A stretch of 64,000 bases of DNA from Eremomyces bilateralis CBS 781.70. Taxonomy: Eukaryota. The notes under the pieces are model-generated. The model was given only the letters and a program-made list of their open reading frames with translations. It searched no databases and was not told where the DNA came from. This document shows positions 49,439 through 61,742 of the stretch, piece by piece (the first letter of the stretch is position 1; each line of letters starts with the position of its first letter). A program made the position numbers and the translations under genes. The stretch lies in NCBI GenBank assembly GCA_010015585.1, contig ML975153.1, one strand, 5' to 3'.

Positions 49439-50721
49439 ATCACGAACTTAGTAGGGAAATACGGGACGCTTAGACCGTTCCTCAAGCGGAGCGGCTGATG
49501 GATGCGCTACGATACGGCGGAAGGATTAGATGTAAGATGGTGCATTTACATGGAATATCAAGATTATTGACCATCACGGGTGGAGGAGGAAAACGGGACC
49601 AAGTCCGCGTACTTGGTGAGGATTTAAGCATCATCACTTGATTGTTCATAAATACCTATATTTCAGCCCCCTGTGAATAGACTTGTACAAGAGAATTAGC
49701 CAGCACTCCATTTCATAAACCATATATTCTGTTTTGGTGACGACCCATCCCCGTACTGCAGCCATTTTCACATTTGAGGGTTGTATGGAGACGGGGAGCC
49801 ATCTAGATTAGAAAAAATCATGGAGATGAAGCATATCCCCTGGGCTTCAAAACTTATTAGTCATATGGTACTTCGACTCCCTCTCTAGATTCTGGGGTTG
49901 CACAACAAAGGAAAAATGATATCAATTTCTTAGCCATTGATTAGCTATCTTGGTTGGCAAATTCGATACCTATGACATATGCCTCCAGGGCAGTAGTGAG
50001 TAGTTATTGGCATGAATAGAGATCTTAAGTCCACTTTCATTATTTGGGCTATAGCTATGGACTGGAAGTGGTGCATCATGCCCTCCTCAGTCTGTAGTCG
50101 GCATGTCAAGACTCAAGGGTATTGGAATTCTGACGAGCGTCAAGCACTTCATCCAAGACAACGAAAGGTTGGAGTAGGGATTGATCTCAACTTCTCAAGC
50201 ATAGTGGCATAGCAAAGTAGCGAAATAGTTACACGAATTATGCAACTCCAGAGTCCAGAACACAATACTAAGGGCCACAGCATTATCCAGTTACTAGTTT
50301 TTCTATCAATGGGAGCAACATAGAGATTTTGGGCGAAGCGAAACCTAGAACCAACAACCATCAAATTTCAGGGGTAGAGAACAGAAGAAGGAAAAGGATC
50401 ACGTGATTTAAAACAATAGCTCCCAGCTCCTTTCACCTGCCTGCGTGACGGAATCACAGGCTCTGTAATTACCGAGTACATGAATATGTTTTGGCATGGT
50501 GAATGATGATTGATTCGACTATCTCTATCCGCTTCGGAGGATGTTGTTCTGCTAATGCTACTGTGCTACCTAAGCTACCGTGTTTCTGTTCCGTAGCATT
50601 AATTAATTGTCCACTAGATGCTCATTGAAAAAGAGATACTGCTTCAAATCAACAATAACACACCAAAATTTAATGAAACTCGCTGAGATCACGCTCAAGC
50701 TTGGCACGATCAATTCCAAAT

Positions 50722-50742
50722 GAATAAAAAATAAAAATATAA
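50722..50742 (-). terminator. Pol III oligo-T terminator of the tRNA gene
   Basis: TTATATTTTTATTTTTTATT immediately 3' of the tRNA on the minus strand. Confidence 0.75.
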
Positions 50743-50844
50743 CGACACGGGCAGGACTCGAACCTGCGACCCCGAAGGGATATGCTGACTGATCGCTGAC
50801 TAAGCGCTTCTAGGCATACGCATTAACCGCTCTGCCACCGTGCC
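50743..50844 (-). tRNA. tRNA-Ser(AGA) with 21-nt intron
   Basis: Reverse complement GGCACGG TG GCAGAGCGGTTAATGC G TATGC CT AGA A [GCGCTTAGTCAGCGATCAGTC] A GCATA TCCCTTCGGGGTC GCAGG TTCGAGT CCTGC CCGTGTC G: full cloverleaf, long variable arm, G73 discriminator, intron after position 37. Confidence 0.93.
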
Positions 50845-52957
50845 ATTTGATGAAATAAATTTGAAAATATCGAATAAGTACCAAAAACCAGTCTTGGGGA
50901 CTGGAGTTAGGGACCGATTATCCGAATATATTGAATGCAATGAATTGTTAGTATTGTGCGCCAACCGCCAAGGCACAAGTAACCCCAGTTCCCCACTGAC
51001 CATCAGTATTCCCACCTGGCTAAGTAGAAAGCGAAACCTCGATTCATGATCATCCAATCATCACTGCTGTGATGTGGGGGCTGGTCCGCTACTATAGCTC
51101 CATGCCTACACTCGCTATACCGACCACCGACTGCCAATATATCACTTCTATTGTTTTGCGTGTGAGAGTCTAGGGGTATGCTTCATACGCATCAAAATTG
51201 CCCACTTGGAGCGAATGAACTCCTCCAGCTGTCAATAACTTCGATGCCCGGGAGATATACTCCCTGGCCATCGACTTTCTCACCAAGATTGCCTATCAGG
51301 GATTGAAGGGAGTAATGCCACCTCACCTTGGACGCCTTCCTCTGGCCTATACAAACGAGGACTCATATCGACTGAACTGACTAAAACGAAGTATGAAACA
51401 CTGATTCTGCACGTCCAAGGCTAGAAGGTGTCGGAAGGTGATCTGGGGGTATACTTTAACATCCAGTATCATTCTTTCAGTCATCGCCAGTTACATACCG
51501 TACTTCCCAGCCTCATGATCCCATCCAACCACTGTGTCGCAATCACTTTGTCAACGCCAGTTGGCCAATCATCGTACAGGAATGCCTTGATCCCGTGTTG
51601 AGTGTCTGGTTTGGGACGTTCGTCGGACTGCAGGTATTCTTTTGGCTTTTTCAGTTCTTACTTTCGTTCACTTTTTCTCCCGCTCTCTTCTTTTCTCATT
51701 TTCCACTTCACCGAACATCCTTAGTCTTCGCGCTGTATTGAAATTTACCTTATCCTCAAACAGCTTACGAACAATCTGATATCCATTATGGCATCATCTA
51801 TTCAAACTGGCATGAAGCAGGACGGTGTTCTATCACCTAATCCAGTGAGCCTCCTTGTTCCCACGAAACGAACCGTTGATTCTCGTTCCCTTCCCTCTCC
51901 CCGTATTGTATAGGATGAGTCTAGGTCATAGCGTACCGAGCATGGTGAACCATCAGTGTTCCTCTCACAACGCGTCCGCAGCGACGACCGAGAATTGACC
52001 GAAAGGTCCGATGAACGAGTCAACGCACCGGCGGATCATGCGATCGACCGAGGTGGCTTAAGTGCCGCTACATCCCAAAAGACCTGCGTGGTCGATGTGA
52101 ACGAGATGATATTTCTCGAGCAAGCTGCTCGAAATGGAGACGAAGGTTCAGTCTCAAGGAACTGGGATCCTCTTTGTGAGCCAACAATCTCATCTCAAGT
52201 CACTCTACCTGGCATTTGACAGTATATAACAATCAAGAAGACGATCAAGAAGAGTAGATGGAAGATCAGGTGCATGCCGGCCCATTTAACGAAGTTGCTG
52301 CACTTCAAACACCAGTGAGCATATCTTCGATGACATCGCACCTTTTGGATGCATGACACCTTTAGATGTCACCTTCGCGCATTTTTGGATGCATTGAAAT
52401 CTCGGTGAAAAGTGATAATTGAGCCTTACTTTCCAGGGAAGTGGTGGTTCGAGGGCTCGAGTCAAAAAATTGTCTTTCTCTTTCAAGTCTTTTGCCCTCG
52501 GCCTCCCTCTCTTAATAAGTCCAACTTTCTTTGACATACTATATATCCTCTTTTATGATTATCAGAACATCCTTATTTTCAATACATCTAACTCGACAGT
52601 GGCTTGACCACCTCAATCAGGTGTATTACAACAAATAAATCAAATTTCCTTTTGTCACATTGAAATGACTCAGTCAACTGAAAACGATCACACACCGAAT
52701 TTTTGGAAAACGTGCCTTGGTGACTAAATGATTAAAACAGCTAGGCCTGCCAAATCGGCGGGAGTAAGCCAAATAAACTCTATCTCTACGAACCCTAACT
52801 CAAAGGAACACACAGTCGCTAATGAACATGGTTCTCTCTCAGCCCTCACGGAGACTATACGCAAGAAAAGAATGGTGGCTCTTCCAATACTAACCCTCCG
52901 GCCACCCTCCCAACACCGCTCACTGCGTGGGCCACTGGAAAGCGACCAGTTGAGGAT

Positions 52958-54387
52958 GTGGCAGAACAAAGCGACCCCAACGTCCAGCAGTCAAATGCAG
53001 AGGTTGTTGAAAAGGTGGTCGTCAGCCTGTTGGACGACAGCGATAACGACGAGGAATTCGCTCCCGAAGATTCCGACCTTGAAAAGGTGGTTATCAGTCT
53101 GTTGGACGACAGCTATAACGACAAGGAGTTCGCTCTCGAAGATTCCGATGTTTCGGACTTAGAAGATGACAAAGTCGACCACGAGTCGCCCGAGGAGAAC
53201 ACGACAGCATCAGCCAGCACAGCTCCAGTTACTCCGCCCCCTCCTCCGAATGGCACGACTTCCAGTCAGATCCCGATCGGTTTTTATGACCTTGAGAGCT
53301 CCACCTGGACAGGAGTCGAATTCGGCCCGGCTCAGGTTGATATGTCTGACATCACACAAGCCCAAAAAGACATGTCGATAGATCGACTTCGAAACGCATG
53401 GCTACTCATATTTTCAACGATCCGGTCTCTTTTAAACGGCACCCGAAGGCTCTATACATTCGACCAAAAACATCCATTCTTACACCGATGGGGCAATTGG
53501 TTTCGCCTTATTCCAGTCGATGTCTTCATGCGCGAGACGCTTGGAAGGATTCCGTTGGAAACCCAAGTGGTCCTCGGGAAACCGGATCTTACAGTTCAAG
53601 ATTTGTAGGACAAGATTGCGCGACGGCCTATCGAAGAGCTCGTGTCCCGCGGCGCCTACCTCGATTTAGTCGAGCCGACTCAAGGCGATCAAGAGATGGG
53701 GATCTACGTCGGTGCCGTATGTTCCGACCTTGGTTTTCTGATGCGCTGGTTGGCTTATGCCCGGGCAGCCCGAAAAGGCAAGCCATATAAAGACTGCCCC
53801 GGAACTCACGTCAGCTATATCGTCGAGAAGCAGGGCATCCCACATCTGCGCGCGCTCGCGGTGAATGCATCATCCTCATCTTTCGCGCTCTGCACTGAAA
53901 GTATGCTGGTAGTGTTTTTCAATACCGTTCGAATCCCCTCCGAAGGGAGATTTTATCTGCCTCTTATTCTAGAGTGGATGATAATCATACAAGGTCGACT
54001 GGCCCAGGCATCTCTCGGTCTCCCGCTCCTGAATTGCATTACCCTGAATCTAACCTGGTCCTGGAGGCGGATGAACAGCGATTTCTCTTAGCGTCGCCCA
54101 AAGACATGATCTACCACAACTGCTCGTTCGTCATTCTGAAGGACGACAAATATCTGCTCTAGGACTATGACTCGAACAAGTCTGGGATGGGAAGCGATCC
54201 TTTATGTAGGAACTGCTGGCAGTACAGGGCGATATCTCTGCATTCGGCATTTGAACGAAGACATAGGGTAAATACCTTCCAATCCCGCGCCCATCGAGCC
54301 GAGATTACCACGATGGACGCCGAAAATGATAAGCGATGGAACCTGGCACAAGTGAGGGCCCAGCTGGCGCAAGCTGGGGCATCCTAA
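52958..54387 (+). pseudogene. Decayed gene: acidic N-terminus + GIY-YIG-like nuclease domain + degenerate C4 (GATA-like) zinc finger; true start uncertain (possibly ~52665)
   Basis: ORFs 52958-53608 and 53642-54091 are in one frame separated by a single TAG; a frameshift near 54065-54090 leads to 53974-54162, which continues in frame past another TAG into 54187-54387. Motifs GAYL-x12-GIYVG, GFLMRW, ALCTESML, LN; then YHNC...LCRNCWQY. Confidence 0.6.
53009..53152 (+). repeat. 72-bp tandem duplication (2 copies, EKVVxSLLDDSxNDxEFAxEDSD)
   Basis: gaaaaggtggt... units start at 53009 and 53081. Confidence 0.85.
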
Positions 54388-55428
54388 ATGATGGTATATC
54401 CCCCTTTTCACCAGTGTTGCAATTTGAAAGTTTTTGCCGCTTAATGCAAAAATATTCCTAATGAAAGCTTGTACGCTGATGTTAGAGGCTCCAAACAGAT
54501 TTCCATCTGTCTGTCGATGCTAGAGCTCTGTACAAGTGGGCTTGTGCGTTGATATATTGTGCTAGACTTACCTCTACAGATCCTTGATAGGAAATGCCGC
54601 AAACACATCACAAATGTTCTCCTGCCCTGCCACCAATTCCGTCCATGCTCTTGTCTGTATTCAAAAGATACCGCAGTATCAATCAGCGCGCCGATTGGTA
54701 AAATGTGTTCTTGGGAAGGGAAGAAATTGATAGCATTTCACCATTGGCGTCCTCCTCCAGCTTCCGTAGCTCGAGCATTGTATCGACGAACAAAGATGAG
54801 TTTTCGACGCACTGGGGATATGCTTCGTCGTTCGGATTCATCATTTGCGTCCATCTCGGATGGTGAAAGCCGATCCTATCTACAATCTAAGAGATTGCAA
54901 GTTGCATTCAGTTCGGGAGCTCGAAATAGAGTATTCTAAAAATAGACCCGCGAGAGAGAGTCGTGTTACATTTTACTATGAGCATACCCCACAGAGATAT
55001 ATCTGGCCGAGACAGCCGCTCGTTTCCAACCATTCATCAAGTGAAGATTTCTGTGACGGCCGAGCTATCCATGATTCACGTTGTCCGACAATTCCGAAAG
55101 CACTTTACAGCAAGCAAGGGGCTATCGTCGATCACAGATGGGTTGTTTCTATTTGACTTTGTCGCAACACTAGCTCTCCTCGATATTGATGAGGCCAAGG
55201 GATGTGGTCATATTGCATTAATCTCCGGATCTTCAGTTCCCCTCATTCCAGTCGTGTTATTTGTAGAAACCGTGTAACATCGGGGCTCGTGCAACGGTTC
55301 TCTCGATGTGCTATTCGTTCGTCAGCTTCATCATTCCCCGGAAAGCTCGTTAGAATTACATCACACCCATGGTACCACAATCTCGAGCCGGATTGGGCTG
55401 CAACCCAAGCCAGGTCAGCTTGACCCGG

Positions 55429-55435
55429 TATATAA
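55429..55435 (+). promoter_or_regulatory. TATA box of the secreted Cys-rich gene
   Basis: TATATAA ~55 nt upstream of ATG 55488. Confidence 0.45.
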
Positions 55436-55487
55436 TAGTCCGTTTCACACCATAAGTCGGAGGTTTTATTATTGGTATGACTTGAAG

Positions 55488-56731
55488 ATGAAGACTTCTA
55501 CTATCTTGACCACTCTGTTCGCCTCTGTGGCACTTGCTGCCACTCCAGAGCAATGCAGCCAGTACTGCCAACCGATATGTCCGTTGGATTTGATATATGT
55601 AGGATACTTGTGAGAAAATGGATTGCAGCCGATCTTGCTAACCTGGCCCAGAGCTGCCATTGCGCGAACGAGAACGCCGCCAAATGTCATGAGCAATGTG
55701 ATGGCCCAAAGCCCGAAATCAAAGTGAGTAGCTAGAGACGAAGTGGATTCCCAATGAGACTCACTAATCTTCATCAGGTCTGCCCTCCGCTTCCAGTACC
55801 TCCGGTAGAGGGGCCTACCCCTTCGAAGCCGGGCTGTACATGCGAAACCATCGCATGCCCACTAATTTTCCCTCCTGTTCGTGGAATCGCCCTACGGAAA
55901 GAGGAATGCTGACGTGATCACAGCCCTGCAGCTGTGTGGAGGCCCGAGTAAAGTGCTGGGAGAAGTGTGGAGGTACCGAACCTGTCCGCGAGGTACTAAC
56001 CCTTCTCTCGACGAATTCCCCAGAAGCTAACGTCTCAAAGCCATGCACCGACCTCAACCGAGACCCCTCGCCTCAGGCTCAATGTGGCACACGGGGAGCA
56101 CCAGGCTGCGCAGACAATGAGGAGTGTGTAAAACGCCCAGGCGCATCGTGCGGTCCAGAGGTAGATTGCGGCGGGATATGTGTGACAAGGTCCCGTCCCA
56201 CGAGAACGAGAAGACCCTCGCCTAAGCCAACATCAACGTCACCCACTTCGGAACCTACGGCAAGGGAAACTCTCGCCCAACAGTATTGCGGCGGGTTTGC
56301 TTTTCCACCGAACCCGAAGTGCCCGGAAGGCCAAGTGTGCCAATTACCGCCGGATTCACCATGCTTCGATGGCAGGGCAGTTGAGTATGACGCCTTGACA
56401 TCTCCGTTATGTTGCCCATGCTGACCGATTCTGAAGCTGCGCTGGAATATGCATTGGTGCAAAATGCTTGGGATTTACGAAACCAGCCTTCCTTTATCCT
56501 CAATGCGCTCCTGGGCAAGTGTGCGCCCAGGTGCCGAATAAGGAAGGGCAAATTGCGACGGACATACCGGGCTCGTGCACGTTCAAGGATTTGACTTGCA
56601 ACAAAACGAAACCCTGTCCGGAAGGGTACACATGCTCTGATTACCCTAATGACGCCTGTCATGATGGGAAAGGGGGAGAATCATGTCCGGGAGTATGCGT
56701 CTGGACTGGAGGAGCACCGGAACATGTTTAG
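55488..56731 (+). CDS. Secreted Cys-rich repeat protein (two repeat types; effector- or protease-inhibitor-like), 6 exons
   Basis: Signal MKTSTILTTLFASVALA; five GT-AG introns with CTRAY branch sites give CQPICPLDLIYSCHCANENAAKCHEQCDG..., CETIACPLIFPPPCSCVEARVKCWEKCGG, then ~4 C-x-G..C..G..C..P...C.G.C modules ending CPGVCVWTGGAPEHV. Confidence 0.8.
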
Positions 56732-56898
56732 TGGAGCGCCACTCAGCAAAGTCAGTGAAGGACCACACCAGATTGCTGTGGCTTCAGACAAAGAATGATC
56801 ATTATATTACCCAAAAAGCCGGTTGCCATGCGCCTGTCGTCTGCCGAACGTAGATTACAGAAGTCTATTCCATCCAGGGTATCGTAAAATCATGTCGC

Positions 56899-58296
56899 TC
56901 AATCCATTTGGGCCGTTTGAGTATACCACATGTGCTCCTTTGCCAGCGTTTTCGGGTTGAATAATTCAAAATGAAAGCTCCAGATCTTCTCCGCAACGCT
57001 TCTGTCGTGCTTGGCCTGCGCGCCGAAGTCGTCGCCCTTGGAACTTTTCCGACCGACATGTTGGAGGATGCTCGGTGTCAACGCCCATCGCATCTGCCCG
57101 CGCTCGTTCGCAAAGTCCTCGGTTAACACGTCCGGGAAGCCTCGGGCTCTCCCTTCGAGATAATTGATGAGCTCTCGGCCCTTCGACCGAGGGTAAACCA
57201 GGCCTTGTGAGCAGCAGCCAAATCCATTCATCTCATGCACCCCCTCGGGCATGGGGATCACACTGATGCGCCCGGCGGCGAAGAACAATCCGATTGCAAG
57301 TGGTAGGAACACACCCAATACGATTAGACATGATGTTGGGGATAAATAGTGTCTTGTGGCAGGAACAAAGATTCGAAGGCAGGCTAGGACGGCGGCCGAC
57401 GCAATGGTGAGGGTGACGGACCAGAACAAATATGTTGGCCATTCTTCGGAATTCCAACCCAGAAATTCTTCGGTGTAAAATAATCGGAGATAGAGAACTA
57501 AACTTTCGTTAGCATTCCATCGTCGGTGTCATGAACAATCCTCACAGTCTTTCAGGCCTCGTGCCATTGTCATAATTTCGGCCGTCTCAATTGCGGCAAT
57601 GGTTTTCTGATACCAACCATCAACGGCTACCACATCATCTTCTAGCATCAAGATGTAAGGCATTCCTTGGGACATGCATTGTTTCAGCAGGTATGTGTAG
57701 TCCAACAGCGCCTTTTGTTCATAAGCCTTCTCTTTTTCCAGCTCTCGCACGTGTTGGATCGATTCTCCGTATAGATAGTCACTGTACAAAAGGACCTTGT
57801 CCGGTAGTTCGTGGAGCCATGTCTCAGCGTATGCGGGATGATCTGAAGGATCGGTATGAGCGATCAAGACCATCAAATAGATCTTGCTTCGCTCCTCGTG
57901 CGACAATCCATCAAGGATCGATCCTACGGTACTCCTAAAATATCGAGCGCCTTCACGCGCTACCGAGGGTATTCCCACGCATAATGTGCCGTCCGGGTTG
58001 GTGGTGTTGAATTTGGGGGCGTATTCGGATAGATCTTTCGGGGCGGTCTCGATAAAGGCATTGGCCTGCTCCAGTCGAACCGTGGAGTATCTCTGGTCGT
58101 ATCCATGGTTCGGGTCAAAGAAGACGGAGGTCGGGTCCCGATAGGAGGCTTGACGGACGACAATGATGGCGAGGAAGTATATGGCGAAGAAGACGGTTAC
58201 ACCGGAAAGGATGGGTGAAGCGCGGAGGTGGACGATCCATCGATCCGCACGCGAGGAGAGGGCGTGGTATCGATGGGAAGGACTCAAGGGCCACAT
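56899..58296 (-). CDS. Membrane GT-A glycosyltransferase-like protein (fungal PGAP4-like / GT54-related)
   Basis: Intron 57545-57498; N-terminal TM, RDPTSVFFDP, LCVGIPSVAR, ILMLEDDVV (acidic metal-binding motif), LYLRLFYTEEFLGWNSEEW, two TMs, FGCCSQGLVYPR, PSILQHVGRKSSK. Confidence 0.82.
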
Positions 58297-58867
58297 GGTT
58301 TAGATGATGAACGGTCAAGACGGGCCATCTGATCTGAACCGGATATGCATTACCCTGGGCGGAAACGTAATTCGGAGGAAGATGATATCGGACAGGTTGG
58401 GGTACGGTATAAAAAAAGAAGAAGATTGGAGTGATCAGTGATGCATGACGCGACGGGTGGCGTTGGAGACGGACTTGGGTAAATGGTGGTTTCTCCACCA
58501 AGTCTGGTCACAAATATGGGTATATTGCTTAAGGTACCACTTTAAACCCTCCTTTATATTAATACTAAGCATGGAATACACGTAAGTCCATTATTTATTT
58601 TTCTACTTATTTTAATTTCACAATGCTGTTCAGCAGTTGGCCGCCTGGGGTTCGAAACCGAATGTTTGGAATCAGCTGTTGATGGTCGGGGGCATCACGT
58701 GAGAATGTATAAAGTCAAGAGCTGGGGCTGGGAGCCGAAGATTCTCTCACCAATCAATCTTTGAACATCCAAACGGTCTTCATGACAATTCATTAGGATG
58801 GACGTGGAGGGAAGTTGAATTGGGATGTACATAGTTAGTAGTATGTTCCTAATTTTCAATGGACCCT

Positions 58868-59626
58868 TCACAGCCTTGACGTGGACTGTCCCAATGGCTT
58901 CCCATCCCCTCCCACATCCATAACACATAAAATCGCCGTATCCTTCAACGTCCCCAACCTAAACTTCTTATTGATCGCTAAAAATTCCGGATCCCCCGAC
59001 ATGGCCGCAAAATGTCCCAGACTATGATTATGCACCAATAGAACTTCCTCCCATCCTTCCTCGCGCCCCTGCCCCCCAATCACGTTTCCCATAAATTTCC
59101 TGCTGTTCCCGAGCTTGGGCGTGATGGCCTGGCCGAACGCTTGTCCGTACTGCCTGTACTGCTCGCGGCGGCCCGGGTTGAAGGCCAGGAGGTTGAGCAT
59201 GCTGATGGGGTGGGTTTGTTGGGCGGAGGGCCGGTGCGATAGCCAGTCGCGTAGTTCGGTGGTCATTTCTGAATCGCCGCTGGTTGGGGGAGGGGAGCGT
59301 TTGGATGCTTCAAGAAGTTTTGCATTCTTGGTCGCGTAGTCTTTGACGTCGTTGGGGTGGAGGCTAATCTCCGCGGTCCAGGAAGCGGTGACTTGGGAAG
59401 TAGCTTGGGTGGGGAGGACGACAGTCCGCTCAACGACGAGCAGGAGGTCCCATCGAACGTTGTGGGCCAAAAGAGGGACAGTAGACTGTTTCTGTGGGAG
59501 GATGATCCATCGGAGCACTTGGGCTTGAACGAGCGGAGTGATGGAGTTAGAGTGAATGGTAGAGAGGAATGTGGGAATGGTGTACCCTGGCTTCAAGGCG
59601 AGAAGGTGAAGACTGTATTCTGGCAT
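58868..59626 (-). CDS. Dimeric alpha/beta-barrel (DUF1330-like) protein with C-terminal PTS1 -SRL
   Basis: Intronless 252 aa; LHLLAL, VLRWIILP, WDLLLV, SMLNLLAFNPGRREQYRQYGQAF, WEEVLLVH, LKDTAILC; ends STSRL. Confidence 0.72.
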   Translation of the reverse strand: MPEYSLHLLALKPGYTIPTFLSTIHSNSITPLVQAQVLRWIILPQKQSTVPLLAHNVRWDLLLVVERTVVLPTQATSQVTASWTAEISLHPNDVKDYATKNAKLLEASKRSPPPTSGDSEMTTELRDWLSHRPSAQQTHPISMLNLLAFNPGRREQYRQYGQAFGQAITPKLGNSRKFMGNVIGGQGREEGWEEVLLVHNHSLGHFAAMSGDPEFLAINKKFRLGTLKDTAILCVMDVGGDGKPLGQSTSRL

Positions 59627-60199
59627 GACGACTAACAGTTGGTAGCAAACAGACGAAGAGGAAATTGATGTCTGGCAATGTGAGAATGAAGCGCTACACC
59701 GTTGCTTTGCATTTTGGTCCCGGCCTGGCCTATATACCGGCAGTCACCAAGGCTCGACTTTTCGGCCATGATTCAAGACCGGACGCGACGTAGGATCAGA
59801 GGTAGGTGGTTCTCACAATTGTATATCGGAAACATAGATCCATTGGATATTACAATGCCCGATGCTCGCGATGAGCACATTTACGAGTTACAGCGGAGAC
59901 TAGGGTATTAATTAGCCAAACGCCGCCGGCGATTGCGCCAACGCTATGCAGCGAGACCGACCAGTAATCTTTGCTGTAGGAAAACGTCGTGCAGCATGAT
60001 CTGCCCCAAACCGGAAAAGTCTTGCCAAATTCGCAGTTTACAGGTCCATTCATCAATCCCCGCGGTGTTTGGAACATTGGAATATGGCGTGGACGGCCTT
60101 TGAGGCTTCGAAGCCTCGGAGCTTCAGTATCGCGTCTTGCTTGCATATATTCCATGGCTGAGCTTCGAAATTCTTCATGGCTCGCCATGGTCAGGCAAA

Positions 60200-61742
60200 A
60201 TGGTAGCCGCGAAGAGAGTTGCCATTATCGGCGCCGGCCCAGCTGGTGCCATCACAATTGATGCTCTAGCGAGAGAGAGGACGTTTGACCTCATCCGTGT
60301 CTTTGAGCGACGTGAAGCCTCTGGCGGTTGTTGGTAAGTCGATGGTCGGTCGGTCAGATCTAACACGAGAGCTAATTTACTCAGGATTGGAGACAAGCGA
60401 CCGCTACCACTATTATCGAACTTTGACGCTCTCTCTGCGCGGAACGCTGATGTACCAATTCCATTGCCAGAGAGACTTCCGGCTCAAACGCCAAAAGTGA
60501 CAACCCCACGCTTCGCAGAGTCGTCCATCTATCCATATTTGGAATCAAACATTGATAGCATACCAATGGCCTTCAGTCAGGAACCGATTCCTGAGGAACG
60601 AAGCAAAGAATCAATCGCTATCCACGGCCCTAACACGCCCTTCCGGCACTGGACCGTCATGCAGAGGTACATTCAGAGTCTAGTGGATCGCAACGGCTAC
60701 CAAGACCTCGTCTCTTACAACACTACCGTTGAAAGAGTTGAGAAAGTCGGTCACGAGTGGAAAGTCACCCTGAGAAAAGATGGCCCGCAAACGGACTATT
60801 GGTGGGTCGAGTGGTTTGATGCTGTCGTTGTGGCCAGTGGACATTATAACGTGCCATATATACCATCAATCGCGGGCCTTGAACAGTTCGAAAAGTCTCG
60901 GCCTGGCAGTGTCATTCACAGCAAGCAGTTCCGCGGAAAGGATTATTACCATGGAAAGGTAAGCGGCCCACCCATCGAAAGATTAAACTGACAGAACTTA
61001 GCGAGTTGTCGTTGTCGGAGCTTCGGTTTCTGCGGCCGACATTGCCTTCGATCTGGTCAATACAGCAAGGTCTCCGGTATTCGCTGTCGTGAATGGCCAT
61101 AGGGCGAACCCGTACTTTGGTGACGGAGCCTTTAATCATCCGCGAATCTCGAAACAGCCATCCATTGAGCGCATTGAAGGCCGCACGGTGCATTTCGTGG
61201 ATGGGAACTCCGTCGAGGATGTCGATCACGTCATCTGTGGCACCGGGTATTCCTGGACGCTGCCATTCCTGCCCGACGTGGAGGTCCGAAACAACCGAGT
61301 CCCTAATCTCTATCTGCACGTCGTGTATCAAAAGGATCCGACTCTGCTTTTCATCGGCGCTGTGGCAGCGGGCTTGACGTTCAAGATCTTCGAGTGGCAG
61401 GCTGTCCTCGCGGCACGATTCCTGGCCGGCCGAGCGACTCTCCCCCCATTGGTGGAACAGGAAAAGTGGGAGCAGGATCGAATCGCGGAAAGGGGTGACG
61501 GTCCGAAATTCACCTTGGTATTTCCGAATTTTGAGGACTATTTCGAGACTCTACGGACGTTGGCAGGACCGGGAGAAAATGATGTAGGTCGGCAGCTACC
61601 ACCCTTCAAGCGAGAGTGGTTCAAGGCATTCCTCGATGGACTGGACCTTCGGAAGAACATGTGGAGGAGGCTGAACATCCAGGCGGAGGATGAGTCGGAC
61701 GTGAATTTGAATGGTTCCTCGAGAAGATCCCAAAAATTATAG
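60200..61742 (+). CDS. Flavin-containing monooxygenase (thiol-specific/FMO1-like), 3 exons
   Basis: Introns 60334-60384 and 60959-61001; RVAIIGAGPAG (FAD), FERREASGGCW, VVVASGHYNVPYIP, GSVIHSKQFR (FMO motif), VVGASVSAAD (NADPH), ICGTGY; ends SQKL. Confidence 0.92.

Noticed and set aside
50743..50844. Alternative reading as tRNA-Leu(TAG) or an amber suppressor (CTA)
   Set aside because: The TATGC/GCATA stem fixes C32-U33 followed by AGA, and G73 with the long variable arm fits Ser.
52286..52537. 83-aa minus ORF with KRGRPR AT-hook-like word
   Set aside because: Short, with no further recognisable domain; could be island debris but cannot be supported as a gene.
54559..55277. Overlapping 100-126-aa plus-strand ORFs before the Cys-rich gene
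   Set aside because: Non-ATG starts, no consistent splice model and no recognisable motif.
58649..58659. Isolated B-box-like GGTTCGAAACC
   Set aside because: No cloverleaf or correctly spaced A box; cannot be called a tRNA or SINE (at most a lone TFIIIC site).
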